Part shown: positions 53,366 to 64,000 of the stretch, piece after piece
Numbering within the stretch: the first letter of the stretch is position 1
How the letters are laid out: each line of letters starts with the position of its first letter
Assembly (NCBI GenBank): GCA_964247055.1
Contig: OZ176055.1
Span: forward strand, 9,300,001 to 9,364,000
Reading direction: 5' to 3'
DNA length: 64,000 bases
Source of the DNA: Paragordius varius
Taxonomy: Eukaryota > Animalia > Nematomorpha
Position numbers and translations under genes: made by a program
The notes under the pieces: model-generated
The model's database searches: none
Seen by the model: the letters and a program-made list of their open reading frames with translations, nothing else
Told to the model about the DNA's origin: nothing

Positions 53366-56300
53366 ATTTTGCATTGGGGCACAAGCTCACACAACAAAAC
53401 TTTATTTATTTCAAAAATATTGAAAAATTGCTTAACAAAGGATTTGCCGCAAGAACCAATCAGTTTTTCTGGCATAGTATTCATATATTACTCTGAGAGA
53501 AGGGTAATTTGTGCATAAGACAATGGACAATATTTTGAATAAAATAATTAATTTATTATTCTTTATAATTACGCAAAAACCGGTAGATTTATTAACATGG
53601 TTTTGAAATTCTTCGTAAATTATTTCCGATATTTGCATACTTTATATCAGGAATGGCCAAACCTTTCCTTTACGGGCTAATTATTTATAAAAATTTCCTG
53701 GCACTAATATGAACTCGGATTGGGATAAAAGACATCAATACTTATAAATGTAACCGAAAATTGCAATAAATAAAGAAAACGAATTGCATGATTGCATCAA
53801 TATAAAATGTTTTATGTTTACACCGGTCAACATTGATATAAAACGGTAGACTATGTCACAATGCATACAAAAAAATATTACAGTCAATCTTACAAATTAT
53901 CGTTTCCTATAATTGTTTCAAGAAATTTCTCAAAATTGATTTTTTGATATTTATCACTAAATGCAATTAAAAATAGGCAATTTTCAAAATAAATTTTAAA
54001 AAACATTTACAATTTTAAGATAATTGGAACGCATTTACTATGGATAAAAAATACACCACTTCGGAAAAAAAATGTCATACAGAGAATAAACATGCATCTC
54101 TCTAGCTCCGAGCACTACAATAAAATATTGTTTTAGTGTGGAAAATGGCGTCCTCCTTACTATAGAAAAATTTAACAATTATATTTATTGCTTTAAAAAT
54201 TTTATATGGGACCAAGACTGAATGATTAAAATAAGGTTTGTTCGCTGATTTCACCAAACTTAGAACATGTAGAACCTCAACTATCATGGCTGATAAATAG
54301 AACCAAAATCGGATTTAATGGTTAATTAGTTATAGAAATTTCTGGTCCCTATCCTGGATCCTAATTTTTCCTATGCTTTCATATACACTGTCCAATATCT
54401 GGGAGTCTAGAGCTGAATTTTCGCAAAATTTTGTGAAGCCTACTTCATACTATTTTGAGCATGTTGGAAACAGTATAAAAACGCTTTAAGACATTATAAA
54501 AACACTTTTTTTATATATTCAATAATGCTGAACATTCGATTCAGAATTTTAATTTAAAAGTTCGTTTGCTTAAACCTTTGCTGAATTTTTGTAAAAAACA
54601 CAATTTAATTTATCATAATCTTGAAGATGGATTTATCTCTTTTTGTGGCAATAAGACATTATCCCATCTAATTAAAATGATTCATTAAAATCCTCGAAAT
54701 TTTATAGTTATTATAAATGAAACACCTTTTGGTTAATTGGTAAAATTGGTTAATAGGATAAAAATTGTTTTGTATATCGCATATATATAATGATTTTATC
54801 ATCAGCATTAGAAATATACATTGGGTCGTAATTTATTTGATCCCTAAAAGAACATTAGACAAAAATTAGGAATTTTGATATAATTAGGATTATAATAGTT
54901 TCTTTGCTGATTTATTATTTGAATTAATGTAAAATACAGATTTTGTTCTTTTTTTTCACATAAAAAAGAAATTTGCGTTTTCTGACCAATAATAGCTGAA
55001 AAAATTGAAAATAACATTTTTGTGAATAATGTTCTGGATAAAATATTGAATTTATAAAAATTTTCTATTACTTCAAATATAGCAAATTTAGCATTTCAAA
55101 AGACCTAAAGATATCTGTAATTTAAATAATTTTTGTAAGATTGCAATGGTTTTTTATTCTTAAGAAAAAGTTATTTTTATAATATCATTTTCGGGGTATG
55201 AGTTATAGAAAAACCACGTTGTTTCTCAAGAATTCGATCAAACTAGGGCGGTAATCAAAGCAGGTCCAGGAATAAAACGGTTACTAAAAAAAGTGTCAAT
55301 GGATTCGATTGATTTATACTTATTGGAGCGGGTACTATCAAATTACAGTGCTTTTGTAATGTCTTATAGAGGATGACTCATCAAGGCACTCAGCTACGAA
55401 ACAGATTCAACTGCCGGCATAAGTGATAATTGCATATCATTGATTTCACATTTTTATAATTGCTTAACCTTATCATTCTTTTGGTGACGATTGGGTAATT
55501 GTACCCTTGAACTAAAATAGTCATACATCAAGTATTTTAAAATCGTTTTGAAATTATGGAACAATATATCTTGTTTTAGATACGCTTATATTTTTAGGCA
55601 GATTATCGCTTTGATCAAAAATTTGACAAAACCTGATAGACACAAACATCTGAAATAAATATCAATAATTTTCGGCTAAACGTGGGCCTTTACAACCTTT
55701 GGGGTATTTATATATTCCAGAGCGAGTTGAAATTTAATTTCAAAAAGTATTTAAGGTGTTAAGCCCAAATTAAAAATATGCTTTTTCAACCTTTTAGGCG
55801 CATTTTACAAAAAATATTTTTGAAAAAATGTAAAATTTGAAAAATCCTCATCTACAACTTTTCTACAGCCATTTTTTCCTATAATTTTTCTTTCAGTCAA
55901 TAAATGTATGTTCTGGTTACAAAATTTAAATAATTAACCTTAAAAGCTATATTTTTCAAGAAAAAAATTGATATGTTTTTATCAGCTGTTGGTTTCATTC
56001 TGGAATAGACTTTAGAAGTCCCAAAACTGTAAAAAATAAATATCTTTTATCTAATTATAAGAAAAATGTTTGATAATTAAGTTTTAGCTAAAATAACTAC
56101 CATAACTGTAGTTAGTTGCAAAATTGACTTCTGAGATGCAACTCGAATACGTAAATAGAACAAAAAGCTAATGAAGTTATTAAAAATAAAAAATGGAGGC
56201 CAAAAGGTTTATGGATGATGATTTACCATATAGTTATAATTTTTTAAAATTATGCGCTTAAAAGGTAAAACAATGTATATTAAATTTGGTCTTAATATGA

Positions 56301-56539
56301 ATATAAATCTCTTTGCAATCAAAAAACCATGACAAAATGAATAAAATGTTAATAAAATTTATAGAATCTAATCAAAATTTGTTGGCCAAAAACAATAAAA
56401 ACTGAACCACAAAAAATTGGGACAAAAACCGTTAACACACCAAATTTTGTAGTTATCAAATATCATGTAATATGATCGGAAGGATTTTTTTAAATAGTGA
56501 AAAATGCAATGATAAGCGTGCATTCATAATATTTGGCGC

Positions 56540-64000
<7,461 letters not shown>

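Overview
Very AT-rich eukaryotic genomic DNA in the standard genetic code, most likely from a fast-evolving animal. A full RBD-C1-kinase Raf is present. Myxozoan or dicyemid-type parasites are candidates, but that is inference only. I reconstructed the exons by hand using GT-AG boundaries, phase checks and homology to family motifs. Genes found: the 3' part of POLD1 (+, 14 exons), an orphan single-TM gene (-), HINT3-like (-), ICMT (-) head-to-head with a Raf kinase (+, 13 exons), and the 5' part of MCM6 (+, 11 exons, running off the window). The most striking feature is the intron architecture. There are 12 micro-introns of 20-32 nt, all within about 570 bp of a start codon. The other 31 introns are 109-2767 nt and mostly filled with MITEs, and donor sites are very degenerate. 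The central intergenic region holds a non-autonomous Helitron candidate, a 9-kb array of a 42-bp hairpin-containing satellite with higher-order repeats and an older degenerate halo, and a Penelope GIY-YIG remnant with an inverted terminal copy. RTE LINE remnants, a mariner remnant and several TA-flanked MITE families are scattered through the window. I recognised no rRNA, tRNA or CRISPR.
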